Of a stretch of DNA of 53,676 bases, positions 37,310 to 46,392 are shown one piece after another; positions within the stretch are counted from its first letter, which is position 1, and each line of letters starts with the position of its first letter. The stretch is from a virus (taxonomy: Duplodnaviria; Caudoviricetes), in the IMG/VR virus record IMGVR_UViG_3300030101_001806, positions 1 through 53,676 of that record; one strand, given 5' to 3'. Under the pieces are notes generated by a model. It had not been told where the DNA came from, did not search any database, and saw nothing but the letters and a program-made list of their open reading frames with translations. Both the position numbers and the translations under genes were made by a program.

Positions 37310-39187
37310 TTAATTTCCCCATGTTCCATCACCCCAAGTGCCACTTCCCCACTCTTGGTTTACAGTGATACTTTCAGTTCCTGTTGCTCCTGTGCCTGCA
37401 ACTCCTGTTTCTATAACTTGTGAAGATGATACTTCATTTCCAACATCTCCTGTTCCTGAGACGCCAGAAGTTCCAGTTACATTAATTTGTACATTGCCAT
37501 CACCAGATAATCCAAATCCTTCAACTGCACCTGTGCCTGCAACTCCTGTTTCAACTGCATTAAGTTCGAGTGATTCTGTGCCTACTGCTCCTGTTCCTGC
37601 TACTCCTGTCTCGGTTATAGATGCCTGTGGAACTTCTGTACCTATTGCACCTGTGCCTGCAACTCCTGTTTCTGTTATTGTACAATCAACAATTATACTT
37701 TCTGAACCAATAGCACCTGTGCCTGCAACTCCTGTTTCTGTTATAGATGCGAATGGCACTTCTGTACCTATTGCACCTGTGCCTGCAACTCCTGTTTCTG
37801 TTATAGATGCTTCTGGTATCTCTGTTCCTATTGCTCCTGTGCCTGCAATACCTGTAACACCTACATCAGTTCCAGAGAATGTATTATAATTACCAATAGC
37901 ACCTGTTCCTGCAACTCCTGTTTCTGTTATAGTAACATCTGCTTCAATGCTTTCTGTTCCTGTCGCTCCTGTTCCTGCAACACCAACCTCTGTGATAGAT
38001 GCTTCAATACTTTCGTTTCCTGTTGTTCCTGTTCCAGCAACTCCTGTTTCATCTATGGATGCAAATGGTGTTCCTGTTCCTATTGCTCCTGTTCCAGAAA
38101 CTCCTGTTTCATCAAAAACAAAATCAGATTCAACAATTTCTACACCTGTTGTTCCTGTTCCAGCAACACCTGTTGCTACAACTTGTGAGGATGGTATCTC
38201 TGCACCAGCAACACCTGTGCCAGCAACACCAGAAGTTCCAGTTACATTGATTTGGACGTTACCATTGCCTGATACACCAAATGGCTCGACTGCACCTGTT
38301 CCAGCAACACCAACTTCTGTGATACTTGCTTCTAATGTTACAGATGGTGTAAATGATACATTGATAGCACCACCCATTCCCGAATGATATTGGCAATAAT
38401 AATATAAATTATCTGGTGCATCACCACTCACAACGATAGTTGTTTTATATCCACTATCGTCTTTTGTAACACCTGTGGTGTATTCTGAACCAACACCATG
38501 AGTGCCATCAGAAGTTGTTGAAAATCTTACTGGATGACTTGTTGCACCAGACCAATCAAAGACATATGTATTACCTCTAATTAATGATAATGTTGGTTGT
38601 TGTGTTCCATCAATAACATATTTATTACCACTGTCTGTTGATACAACTGTAACTGTATATGTTGTTGGTGATGATGATGTTGTTCCTACTGCACCTGTTC
38701 CTGCTACTCCTGTTCCTGTTATATCAGCACCAAACTCAATACTTTCGTTTCCTACTGCACCTGTGCCTGCTACTCCTGTTTCATCAATTTGTGCTTGAAT
38801 TTCAAATGTGCCTAGAGCACCTGTTCCTGCATTTGAAGAAGCATTTGGTGTTGAACTTTGCACTACTTCTGGTGTAAAAACACCAATTCTTGCATGTCCA
38901 GGAATGCCAATAGAATTTTGACTTTTTTCTATTTTAGATGCAAAAATATTTTGTGTAAATCCCAATAAAATAGTTATATTTTCTGGATCATTATCTGGTC
39001 TTGGATTAAATAATGCAGTTGCGTCTATTACATTTTTTGCAGGTGTAAGTTGAGGATGCTTAGGATCAAACTCTTCTGGCTCAACTCGTAAATTATCATA
39101 AGTTGTTTTTAATTTTGGATAAGGAACTTCAAAGCCAGAAATATCACTTATAGCTTTTGATTTAGATCCTCTTGCATACTTAGCCAT
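37310..39187 (-). CDS. Repeat-rich virion protein with cupredoxin-like insert
   Basis: About 17 G[VI][AS]GTG repeats; HPVRF...YYCQYHSGMGG insert; WG-rich C-terminus. Confidence 0.75.
   Translation of the reverse strand: MAKYARGSKSKAISDISGFEVPYPKLKTTYDNLRVEPEEFDPKHPQLTPAKNVIDATALFNPRPDNDPENITILLGFTQNIFASKIEKSQNSIGIPGHARIGVFTPEVVQSSTPNASSNAGTGALGTFEIQAQIDETGVAGTGAVGNESIEFGADITGTGVAGTGAVGTTSSSPTTYTVTVVSTDSGNKYVIDGTQQPTLSLIRGNTYVFDWSGATSHPVRFSTTSDGTHGVGSEYTTGVTKDDSGYKTTIVVSGDAPDNLYYYCQYHSGMGGAINVSFTPSVTLEASITEVGVAGTGAVEPFGVSGNGNVQINVTGTSGVAGTGVAGAEIPSSQVVATGVAGTGTTGVEIVESDFVFDETGVSGTGAIGTGTPFASIDETGVAGTGTTGNESIEASITEVGVAGTGATGTESIEADVTITETGVAGTGAIGNYNTFSGTDVGVTGIAGTGAIGTEIPEASITETGVAGTGAIGTEVPFASITETGVAGTGAIGSESIIVDCTITETGVAGTGAIGTEVPQASITETGVAGTGAVGTESLELNAVETGVAGTGAVEGFGLSGDGNVQINVTGTSGVSGTGDVGNEVSSSQVIETGVAGTGATGTESITVNQEWGSGTWGDGTWGN
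37370..38830 (-). repeat. Degenerate coding tandem repeats (about 60-66 bp unit)
   Basis: Recurrent GCACCTGTGCCTGCAACTCCTGTTTC on the + strand; interrupted at about 38350-38670. Confidence 0.85.
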
Positions 39188-39885
39188 TATCTCAAATTAA
39201 GTCCTGTTGGTTGTAATTTTAAACTGACACCATCATTATCATTTGTTGATGCATACTCAAATGCTTCTTTATACAAATTATTTAATAATGGAAATTTATC
39301 TGGTGCAAATTTTACAGATAATTTAGATGCTAATCCTGCACAAATACATTCTGACCATGTATAAGGAATATCTGTATCTTCATTTGACGCAGTTATATCT
39401 TCCAGTTGATTCATAGACCAATAATTTAATCTGTATGTGTTCCTGTCTGGTGTTTGCCATAAAAAAAGTTTATAAATGTTATTGGATCCAGATTGCCTGC
39501 CTTTATCCAACATATATTGATTTGGTTTGCCTGTATCTGATTTATTTGGTATTTGATTATATTCAGAGATTGTAACTCTATTTATAATAGTATCTGTTCT
39601 TGTTGCGTCTGCACTATCATAAATAACAACATCCAATAAATCTAAAACACCTGCAGGCAGATCATACGAAGATGTATCTGTTGCCAAAGTTAAAGTTCTT
39701 TGTTGTACTGTCCAATAATTAATTCCACGATTAGCCCATTCAGAAAATAATAAATTTAAACTTCTTCTTGCAGAGACTGCTTGATATCCAGTTCTAGTTT
39801 GGATATCAAGACCACATCTCTCGTATGCTTCATTTATTATTTCCTCAACATTAGGTCTAAAAGTAACTGTTCCTGATGTTGCCAT
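39187..39885 (-). CDS. Head completion/adaptor protein (P22 gp4-like)
   Basis: EAYERCG...ARRSLNLLFSEWANRGINYW...IPNK..GKP. Confidence 0.7.
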   Translation of the reverse strand: MATSGTVTFRPNVEEIINEAYERCGLDIQTRTGYQAVSARRSLNLLFSEWANRGINYWTVQQRTLTLATDTSSYDLPAGVLDLLDVVIYDSADATRTDTIINRVTISEYNQIPNKSDTGKPNQYMLDKGRQSGSNNIYKLFLWQTPDRNTYRLNYWSMNQLEDITASNEDTDIPYTWSECICAGLASKLSVKFAPDKFPLLNNLYKEAFEYASTNDNDGVSLKLQPTGLNLR

Positions 39886-39893
39886 AGTTCACC

Positions 39894-40307
39894 TTATCCA
39901 TATTTCTTTTTCATCGTTAAAACAATTTGATAAGAATCACCTGAACCTGCACCTGTTGTAGTAAATTTTATGTCACCAGTTGGACTTGTTCCTGTCTGTT
40001 TTGTATTAGGCAGACCACCAACTTCTTTATAATCTACTTCACCAGATTGACCTTCATCAAGATTAAGCATAATTATATTTGTGCTGGCACCTGCTAAAAC
40101 TTGCACAGTCATGCCTTTAACAACCCATGTACACTTTAATATTTTTACACCTGTGCATGCATCACCATTAGCATTTGCTTGTAATGTTGAAACATCGACT
40201 TTAGTTACTGCAGATTCATTCCCAGTATCAACATATTGATATTGGAATGCCATTACGATTTCGCTAGTGTTTTCAGAAAGAATAGTGCTTGATGTAATAT
40301 CAGCCAT
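39894..40307 (-). CDS. Putative structural protein
   Basis: GNESAVTKVDVSTL...TGDIKFTT. Confidence 0.65.
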   Translation of the reverse strand: MADITSSTILSENTSEIVMAFQYQYVDTGNESAVTKVDVSTLQANANGDACTGVKILKCTWVVKGMTVQVLAGASTNIIMLNLDEGQSGEVDYKEVGGLPNTKQTGTSPTGDIKFTTTGAGSGDSYQIVLTMKKKYG

Positions 40308-40319
40308 TATATCCTCCTA

Positions 40320-40790
40320 TTAACTGTCAGCAAATGGTGTAGCCAATGAGCCAGAACCTATTAAAACACCTTGTACCATATATTCTGCAGTTGCTAATGC
40401 TGTAATCTCAAGATAAGAAAATTTATCTCCACCTTGTGTGCCACCATTTAATGATATAACGTCATTCGTTGATGCAGGTATAAAAGTTTTTTCTGCATCA
40501 TCTGTTATTGCAACTGTTAATGAACCAACGAATTTGTCAGTGCCATCTGTTTTAATATCTAAATCAGTTGCATCTGTGCCTATAAAAAAAGTATATTTAG
40601 CACCTAACTCTCCAGACTTTATTGATGGTAGTGTTACTGCACCATCTGCGTCATTGACTTCGATGATACGACCTGCGTGGTCATTAAATGTTAATGTTGT
40701 TTCTGCTGTAATATCTACAATATTATTAGATCCAGCTTGTATAAATCCATTGTTTGATACAACTGGACCAGAAAAAGTTGATTTAGCCAT
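40320..40790 (-). CDS. Putative capsid decoration/fibre protein
   Basis: MAKSTFSGPVVSNNGF N-terminus; directly downstream of the MCP. Confidence 0.65.
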   Translation of the reverse strand: MAKSTFSGPVVSNNGFIQAGSNNIVDITAETTLTFNDHAGRIIEVNDADGAVTLPSIKSGELGAKYTFFIGTDATDLDIKTDGTDKFVGSLTVAITDDAEKTFIPASTNDVISLNGGTQGGDKFSYLEITALATAEYMVQGVLIGSGSLATPFADS

Positions 40791-40836
40791 TTTTATTCTC
40801 CTTGTCTTGGCAAATGTCAGCTTTCGCTGTCAAGGT

Positions 40837-40871
40837 TAAAATTTGGAGGGAGAGCCCATCTTCTCCCTCCA
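40837..40871 (-). terminator. Hairpin terminator after the major capsid gene
   Basis: Stem TGGAGGGAGA/TCTCCCTCCA (10 bp) with a short U tract on the minus strand. Confidence 0.6.
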
Positions 40872-40883
40872 CTGGAGGAACTG

Positions 40884-41795
40884 TTATGCAGCACCTTCTG
40901 TTCCAAAGATTCCTCTCCAGTCAGTAAAACCAAAAGAGTATCTTTCACGAACTTTGTAACGAACATTACCAGTCTCAAAGTCTCCCTCTACACCTTTTTT
41001 AAGTGGGGATCTTTGAAACATTTTAAGTCCATCAGGCACATCAGTCTTGATGAAAAACTGATCACTGTCAGTCAATCTTCTCATAATGTGATAACCTTGT
41101 GGCAAGTAACCACCAGATCTGATAGCATTAATGTCGTTATCTGCTGTTCCAGTTCTTAACTGAGTTTCCAAAAGTCTCTCTGCTGTGAAAGTATATGCTG
41201 TTGGAATAATAAGCATTGTGCCTTGGGCAGCAATTCTTAATCCTCTTTCATCTTTCATATCAGCAATTTGGATTAAAAGAGACTCTAATGAGGTCTCAGA
41301 TAAGTCTGCAGCAGTTGCCAAAGTGTTACTTTGATTTCCACTTTGAGTTGGATGTGATGTGCTTAATAATGCCACACCATCTCCACCTGCGTAAACACCT
41401 GCAGTTGTCGCATTATTTAAAATGGTTGCTGCTTTAATTTCTTTAGTTGCAGCCATAGATCTTGCTAATGCCTTTGTGTATCTTGAGGCAATAGATCCAT
41501 ATAATCCATCTTCTTCTGCTTCCTCAGTTATTGAAAAAGCCAATGCGATAGTTTCGTGTTGGTATCTAGCTGTCCACTGTTGACTTGCAGTATCATATGA
41601 TATTGCAGCACCTTCATCTTTTGTTGGTGCATTGCCAAAACCTGTTAACAATACATCTTCTTCAAATGCTTTTTGAGAAGTGTTCTGATCAAATACAGGT
41701 GTATATTCTGGTGGATAGCTGTCATACTCGAGACCAAAGAGAGTATTCAATCCTGGTTCGAGCATTTTTGCAAATTGTGCTCTATTCATAGACAT
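40884..41795 (-). CDS. Major capsid protein
   Basis: NRAQFAKMLEPGLNTLFGLEY...RYQHETIALAFSITEEA...GDFETGNVRYKVRERYSFG. Confidence 0.9.
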   Translation of the reverse strand: MSMNRAQFAKMLEPGLNTLFGLEYDSYPPEYTPVFDQNTSQKAFEEDVLLTGFGNAPTKDEGAAISYDTASQQWTARYQHETIALAFSITEEAEEDGLYGSIASRYTKALARSMAATKEIKAATILNNATTAGVYAGGDGVALLSTSHPTQSGNQSNTLATAADLSETSLESLLIQIADMKDERGLRIAAQGTMLIIPTAYTFTAERLLETQLRTGTADNDINAIRSGGYLPQGYHIMRRLTDSDQFFIKTDVPDGLKMFQRSPLKKGVEGDFETGNVRYKVRERYSFGFTDWRGIFGTEGAA

Positions 41796-41807
41796 AAATT
41801 ACTCTCC

Positions 41808-42359
41808 TTATATTCCTGCTGTAGCTTTTAATAAGTGCTCATTAATGAGAACTTCAAGCTGTGCATATTGAGCAAAACTATTGGATGGATCTTCCCATAG
41901 ACCAAGAATTTTGCAAGTTGCTGTTCCATTAGACATAGTTCCATTTAATGTGAAACCAGACTGACCTGTTGTTGTTGAGCCTGAACCTGCGACTACGTCA
42001 GCACATTCCCCAACACTTGTCTGAGCAGGTGTACCTGCTGACTGAATTCTAAACACAGTATATGGATCATCATAGACATAAGCAACAATGTCGGTTGCTA
42101 CTGTTCCTGATGGCCAATATTGTGAATAGACATAACTTCCGTCTGACGCAGTGTAAGACACTCCTGCGAAAACACCTATATTATTTGTCTCTGTTGCAGT
42201 ATGAGGTGTTATAACACCATCCGCTGTAAGAATAACTAGATCGCCAGTAAAAATATTCTCTGCTAATCCAGATGTGATAGTATATTTGTTTGCACGAGGA
42301 CTGTTTCCACTCATATGACGGACTGGTATTAAACCATAAGCTGCATTTGGATTTGCCAT
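41808..42359 (-). CDS. Putative minor head/decoration protein
   Basis: MAN..AAYGLIPV...IFTGD.V...GVFAGV...VYDDP; directly upstream of the MCP. Confidence 0.65.
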   Translation of the reverse strand: MANPNAAYGLIPVRHMSGNSPRANKYTITSGLAENIFTGDLVILTADGVITPHTATETNNIGVFAGVSYTASDGSYVYSQYWPSGTVATDIVAYVYDDPYTVFRIQSAGTPAQTSVGECADVVAGSGSTTTGQSGFTLNGTMSNGTATCKILGLWEDPSNSFAQYAQLEVLINEHLLKATAGI

Positions 42360-42384
42360 AATGCTATCTCCTTATATTAAAGTG

Positions 42385-42870
42385 TTAATCATCCATAGCA
42401 GAAACTTCTTTTCTGCCACCCATAACAGAACTCTTCCTCTCTTGATAGATTGGTTGTCCTGCTCTACGTCCTAAAGCATCCAAATCGCCTGCCAAAGATT
42501 CGTTTTGCTGAGTGCTTTTTTCACTATAATATGCCTTCATAGATTTATATTTATCTTTAGGCATCTCACACAGCAACATTCCCTCTATGCCAATACAACC
42601 TGCCCACTGACCATGATTAATCGTCGGAAACAACTGACCTTTCACAGTTTCTGCTTTACGTGGTTCCCATCCTTCACGCATACGTTTGTATACGTTGTCT
42701 GGAGTGTCCTTACCCTGAATCGAGGTTGCGACCCATCGTTGAACCATTCCAGGACGTACTTCTGGAGCATCCAACAATGCTGGTGGTTGCCAATTTGTTT
42801 GAGGTCTACTTTCCTCATCTCTGATTGACATCCTTAAATCGTTTGAACGAACATTTCTTTTTTCAGTCAT
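42385..42870 (-). CDS. Conserved head-module protein
   Basis: WQPPALLDAP...RWV...REGWEP. Confidence 0.7.
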   Translation of the reverse strand: MTEKRNVRSNDLRMSIRDEESRPQTNWQPPALLDAPEVRPGMVQRWVATSIQGKDTPDNVYKRMREGWEPRKAETVKGQLFPTINHGQWAGCIGIEGMLLCEMPKDKYKSMKAYYSEKSTQQNESLAGDLDALGRRAGQPIYQERKSSVMGGRKEVSAMDD

Positions 42871-42872
42871 TA

Positions 42873-43805
42873 CTAACTCCTTGTTTTAGTTTTTTGAATT
42901 TCATTTGCATATTTTTTTAATGCCTTTTCATCCGTTATACCAAGTTCCCTAGCAATAGCAAGTTCGTCTCTTGTTACTTTGACTCTGTTGCCTTTATAAG
43001 CTGAGCCACCTGCAGTTGGTGCGACTGGATCTCTGCTTTTTGCTCTTGGCTTAGTCTGGCCAACTTCGTCGTCCTTTCCTGATATTAACTCGGGATACAG
43101 CTTTCGTAAACGATTATTTAAAGTTTTATAATAATCAGGTGAATTTTTGTCATATCCTTCAGCATCAAGTTGAACATCGATAGATCTAGCAACTGCTGAC
43201 TCTCTCTCAAAACCTTTGGCATTGAACCAAGTATTTTCTTCCCACCATCTCATTGCTAGTGGTGGTGCAGGATTTGATACTTCTTGTTCTGCTTTTCCTA
43301 CTGTTGGTGATGCTGATTGATTTTGCCTTGCTTGCTCTTGCATTTGCTGAATCCTAAAAGCAGATCTCATATCAGCCATTTGTTCTGTAAAATTAAGCTG
43401 TGCTTCTGTGTCACCTTCCTCGATAGCTTTGGCAAGTGCTGTCTTAGTTTGATTATATCTTTCTTGAAAATTAGTTTCAGCTTGTTTTACACTGCCCTCT
43501 TCAAGTCGATTTAATCTATTTTGCAAATCATCAAGTTGAGATTTATATAACTTTGCTTCTTCTTCAGCTTTCTTTTTATCAGCTAATACATTTTTTATTC
43601 GTTTTTGAACTTTGCGACCATATTCAGAATCTTCCTCAGCTTTTTCTTGCTTTGGTTTTTCCTCTGGTTTTTGTTCTGGTTGCTGTTCTTCAACCTTTAC
43701 TTCTTGCTTTGGTGGTTCGTTTTCAACCACTTCTATTTCAAGTTCTTTCTTCTTGTCGTCAATTTCACCTTGAATTTCTTGCATTACATCGTTGACTTCT
43801 GCCAT
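42873..43805 (-). CDS. Putative scaffolding protein
   Basis: Acidic N-terminus, long coiled coil, basic C-terminal helix (IARELGI...YA). Confidence 0.7.
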   Translation of the reverse strand: MAEVNDVMQEIQGEIDDKKKELEIEVVENEPPKQEVKVEEQQPEQKPEEKPKQEKAEEDSEYGRKVQKRIKNVLADKKKAEEEAKLYKSQLDDLQNRLNRLEEGSVKQAETNFQERYNQTKTALAKAIEEGDTEAQLNFTEQMADMRSAFRIQQMQEQARQNQSASPTVGKAEQEVSNPAPPLAMRWWEENTWFNAKGFERESAVARSIDVQLDAEGYDKNSPDYYKTLNNRLRKLYPELISGKDDEVGQTKPRAKSRDPVAPTAGGSAYKGNRVKVTRDELAIARELGITDEKALKKYANEIQKTKTRS

Positions 43806-43817
43806 GATAAACCTCCT

Positions 43818-44216
43818 TTAAATGTATGCAGTTACTTCTACTCCCTCAGGCAAGATTGCTGTAATCTCGTCATCATTCAGAAGTAAAAATCTAACATTTT
43901 GAACAACTATCTTTTGACCAGCATATTTTCCATATGTAACTTGGTCACCAATTTTTGGTAATCTAGTCATTCTCCATGACTGACCTGTATCTCTATCTCG
44001 ATATGCCAGTTCACCTATTGCACAAACTGTTCCATGTGCAGTAAGTATTTGCTCATTTTCTTTGACTTTATCAGGCAAAAGGATGCCACCTTTTGTCTTT
44101 GCTTTTATCTCATTTGGTTGAATTAAAATTTTCCAGTTCATTGGTATTGGTAACTGGTGTGAACCAACAGTTGCTTTGCTCAGACTGTCGGTGTATATTG
44201 CATGCTGATGAGACAT
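43818..44216 (-). CDS. groES: GroES-like co-chaperonin
   Basis: PMNWKILI...KTKGGILLPD...GDQVTYGKYAG...LLNDDEITAI. Confidence 0.88.
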   Translation of the reverse strand: MSHQHAIYTDSLSKATVGSHQLPIPMNWKILIQPNEIKAKTKGGILLPDKVKENEQILTAHGTVCAIGELAYRDRDTGQSWRMTRLPKIGDQVTYGKYAGQKIVVQNVRFLLLNDDEITAILPEGVEVTAYI

Positions 44217-44218
44217 GT

Positions 44219-44416
44219 TTAATCATCCTCTCTATTTATTTCTTTTAATGTTTCATCGATAATCGCACAAGCATCTTCTATCCCTTGTGCGATACCAACG
44301 TCTTTTATATATGATTGATAATCGGACTCCCCACCATCAATCATCTTCTCTGCTATCGCAGATCTTTTCGTCCTCAGATTCTTTTTTATTATCTGAAGAA
44401 GTTCTGTTGTGTTCAT
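44219..44416 (-). CDS. Hypothetical protein
   Basis: 65 aa, helical; directly upstream of groES. Confidence 0.65.
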   Translation of the reverse strand: MNTTELLQIIKKNLRTKRSAIAEKMIDGGESDYQSYIKDVGIAQGIEDACAIIDETLKEINREDD

Positions 44417-44483
44417 TTATGTCTGCCTCTCCAGACATGGAAACACCTGTAACATTAATTGTTACATCTTTTTTATTTTCCAT
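44337..44483 (-). CDS. Possible small acidic protein (48 aa)
   Basis: MENKKDVTINVTGVSMSGEAD...; overlaps the next gene by 80 nt. Confidence 0.3.
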   Translation of the reverse strand: MENKKDVTINVTGVSMSGEADINEHNRTSSDNKKESEDEKICDSREDD

Positions 44484-44619
44484 ATCCCTTCATCTTTTTC
44501 TTTTTCATTGGCTTCTTTTTCATTACCATTTTCTTTTTCTTCATGCCTTTTTTCTTTTTGCCATGATCCATGATTTTGCCTCCTTTTAGCAGTTTTGAAA
44601 ATTTAGTCCTATTTAACAT
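44473..44619 (-). CDS. Lys/Met-rich micro-protein (not in ORF track)
   Basis: MLNRTKFSKLLKGGKIMDHGKKKKGMKKKKMVMKKKPMKKKKMKGYGK; AAGGAGG precedes the internal Met. Confidence 0.55.
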   Translation of the reverse strand: MLNRTKFSKLLKGGKIMDHGKKKKGMKKKKMVMKKKPMKKKKMKGYGK

Positions 44620-44642
44620 TGTAATCGTTTCTGTTCAATAAA

Positions 44643-45389
44643 TCAAGTTGTGTCGTCTGGTAAATTACTTAATGCACCTTTTACAGCAACTCCACCAAAA
44701 CCTAAAATTTTTAAAATATCTCCTAACTTACCAACATATCTTCCACCATCTTGTTGCATTGTGCTTAACTCATCATAAATAGGTGTGTCTGGTGGTAAGT
44801 TTTTAATATCTGCATCTCCAAATAATTGTACCAGTGCTTCATCAGACCCAAGATCTTTTAATGCTCTCATGCGATGACGACCTTCATGCATATCTATTTG
44901 TATTATTGGTTTATCATCAGCACCTTTTAATACTTTATATCCCAACTGTGGAACACCAGAAGTATATTCTGGACCACCTAATGGTATTTTTTCTGATATT
45001 GTGTCTTTAATTGATGCGACATTTTCATTGGTTTGGCTCATCATGTCTTTAGATATAGGATCAAACATGTAATCATCAGGAAGTTTATCGTCTGTCAGCC
45101 TTGCAGCAAGTTTCCTATAATCATCTGGATCTATAAGACCAACAGAATAAAAATCTCTAAACTGAGTACCACCACCACTTTGTGCTGATCTTGCAACACT
45201 ATCAAGATCTTGTTTATCAAAGAGTTCAAAAGACTCTGGTGAGAACATATCAATCTTTTTTAATTTTTCACCACCTTGAGTCACAATCCTCCTTGCTTCA
45301 ACTGTTGGGTCTTTTGATTTCATAGCAAGAGAATTAATCCAACTTTTTAATTCTGGAGATATGGATCTTAGATACTTGCTTATATTCAT
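44643..45389 (-). CDS. Hypothetical protein with ParB/Srx-like motif
   Basis: HEGRHRMRAL; ends GALSNLPDDTT. Confidence 0.6.
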   Translation of the reverse strand: MNISKYLRSISPELKSWINSLAMKSKDPTVEARRIVTQGGEKLKKIDMFSPESFELFDKQDLDSVARSAQSGGGTQFRDFYSVGLIDPDDYRKLAARLTDDKLPDDYMFDPISKDMMSQTNENVASIKDTISEKIPLGGPEYTSGVPQLGYKVLKGADDKPIIQIDMHEGRHRMRALKDLGSDEALVQLFGDADIKNLPPDTPIYDELSTMQQDGGRYVGKLGDILKILGFGGVAVKGALSNLPDDTT

Positions 45390-46210
45390 TCTGTAAGATC
45401 CTTTTTGAGAATATTAACAACATTCTCCTCAAAATAAGTTTCTCTGCTTTCTCCTGGAAAGTCATCTGGATATGCATCATAAAAATCTAGATTTCCATCC
45501 AACTGCTCTATCATTAAATCATTAGCTTTTTCAATATTGCCATCTGCTTCTTCTAAAAAATCATCAGCACTTTTCGTAAAAAGATTGTCTGCATTGCCTT
45601 TGTTAAACCATGCAAAAAGTGTTTTTGGATTTGGTATAAGTTTTTTAAGTGAACCAGCATCTGCAGAATCCATTACCTCATCAATCTTTTTTACAGTTGT
45701 AAATGGTATCTCTTTGGCGACTTTTGCCTTTGGCACATTACCTAAAGCACCAATTAATGGCTCTGCTGCAACAGTCGCCAATGCACCTTTGCCCATAGTT
45801 TTCAATGTTCCTCTCTTTTGCTCATCTACTATCTCATCTGCTATACTTTTATTCTTAGATTTTAAACTTCTTAAAAATTTAATTGTTTGCTGTGTAAATG
45901 GGAATGCTTTGGCTACTGATTCACCAAGAGTAACTGCACCAATCGTGCCTTCAATAGCATAATCAAGTGGTGTTTGTGCTGTTTTTAATCCTCGGACAGA
46001 TTCATCTAAACCAAAAGCAAGTCCGACAGGTGTAAATTCTAAAACACCAGATGCTTCTGCCATGTTAAGATCTGGTCTTGTTGATCCTGTAAAACCTCGA
46101 GCAGTCTTTTGTGCCATATAATTATCCATGCCAAGATTAGTTAAAGCACCAGCAATATATTGCTTTGTTCTTTCTCTAAGTGTTGGATTGTATGGTCTTA
46201 GTTCAGCCAT
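45386..46210 (-). CDS. Hypothetical protein (possible internal virion protein)
   Basis: 274 aa; contains GALGNVP. Confidence 0.7.
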   Translation of the reverse strand: MAELRPYNPTLRERTKQYIAGALTNLGMDNYMAQKTARGFTGSTRPDLNMAEASGVLEFTPVGLAFGLDESVRGLKTAQTPLDYAIEGTIGAVTLGESVAKAFPFTQQTIKFLRSLKSKNKSIADEIVDEQKRGTLKTMGKGALATVAAEPLIGALGNVPKAKVAKEIPFTTVKKIDEVMDSADAGSLKKLIPNPKTLFAWFNKGNADNLFTKSADDFLEEADGNIEKANDLMIEQLDGNLDFYDAYPDDFPGESRETYFEENVVNILKKDLTE

Positions 46211-46392
46211 TACACTTGACCACTACTGAGTTCTCTGGCCAGTATCTGTAATGTTTCCTTAAATCCTTTGTCTAATGTTTTTGCTAACTTCGCAAACTTC
46301 TTTGGACTTAATTCGTCTGTAGATATTTTTTTAGATTTTAAAAATTTTTTTGCTGCTCTTATCTCTGCATTCGCAACTTTTTTAACTGACAT
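46210..46392 (-). CDS. Small basic protein
   Basis: 60 aa, Lys-rich. Confidence 0.65.
   Translation of the reverse strand: MSVKKVANAEIRAAKKFLKSKKISTDELSPKKFAKLAKTLDKGFKETLQILARELSSGQV

Noticed and set aside
37338-38387. Long + strand Pro/Val-rich ORFs (183 and 146 aa)
   Set aside because: Antisense read-outs of the Gly/Thr repeat gene; no RBS support
37370-38830. CRISPR-like array
   Set aside because: The repeats are degenerate in-frame coding repeats (GVAGTG) with third-position variation; no cas genes
40800-40835. Hammerhead ribozyme (GAAA and CUGA-like elements)
   Set aside because: It lacks the CUGANGA core and correct element order; kept only as a generic structured leader
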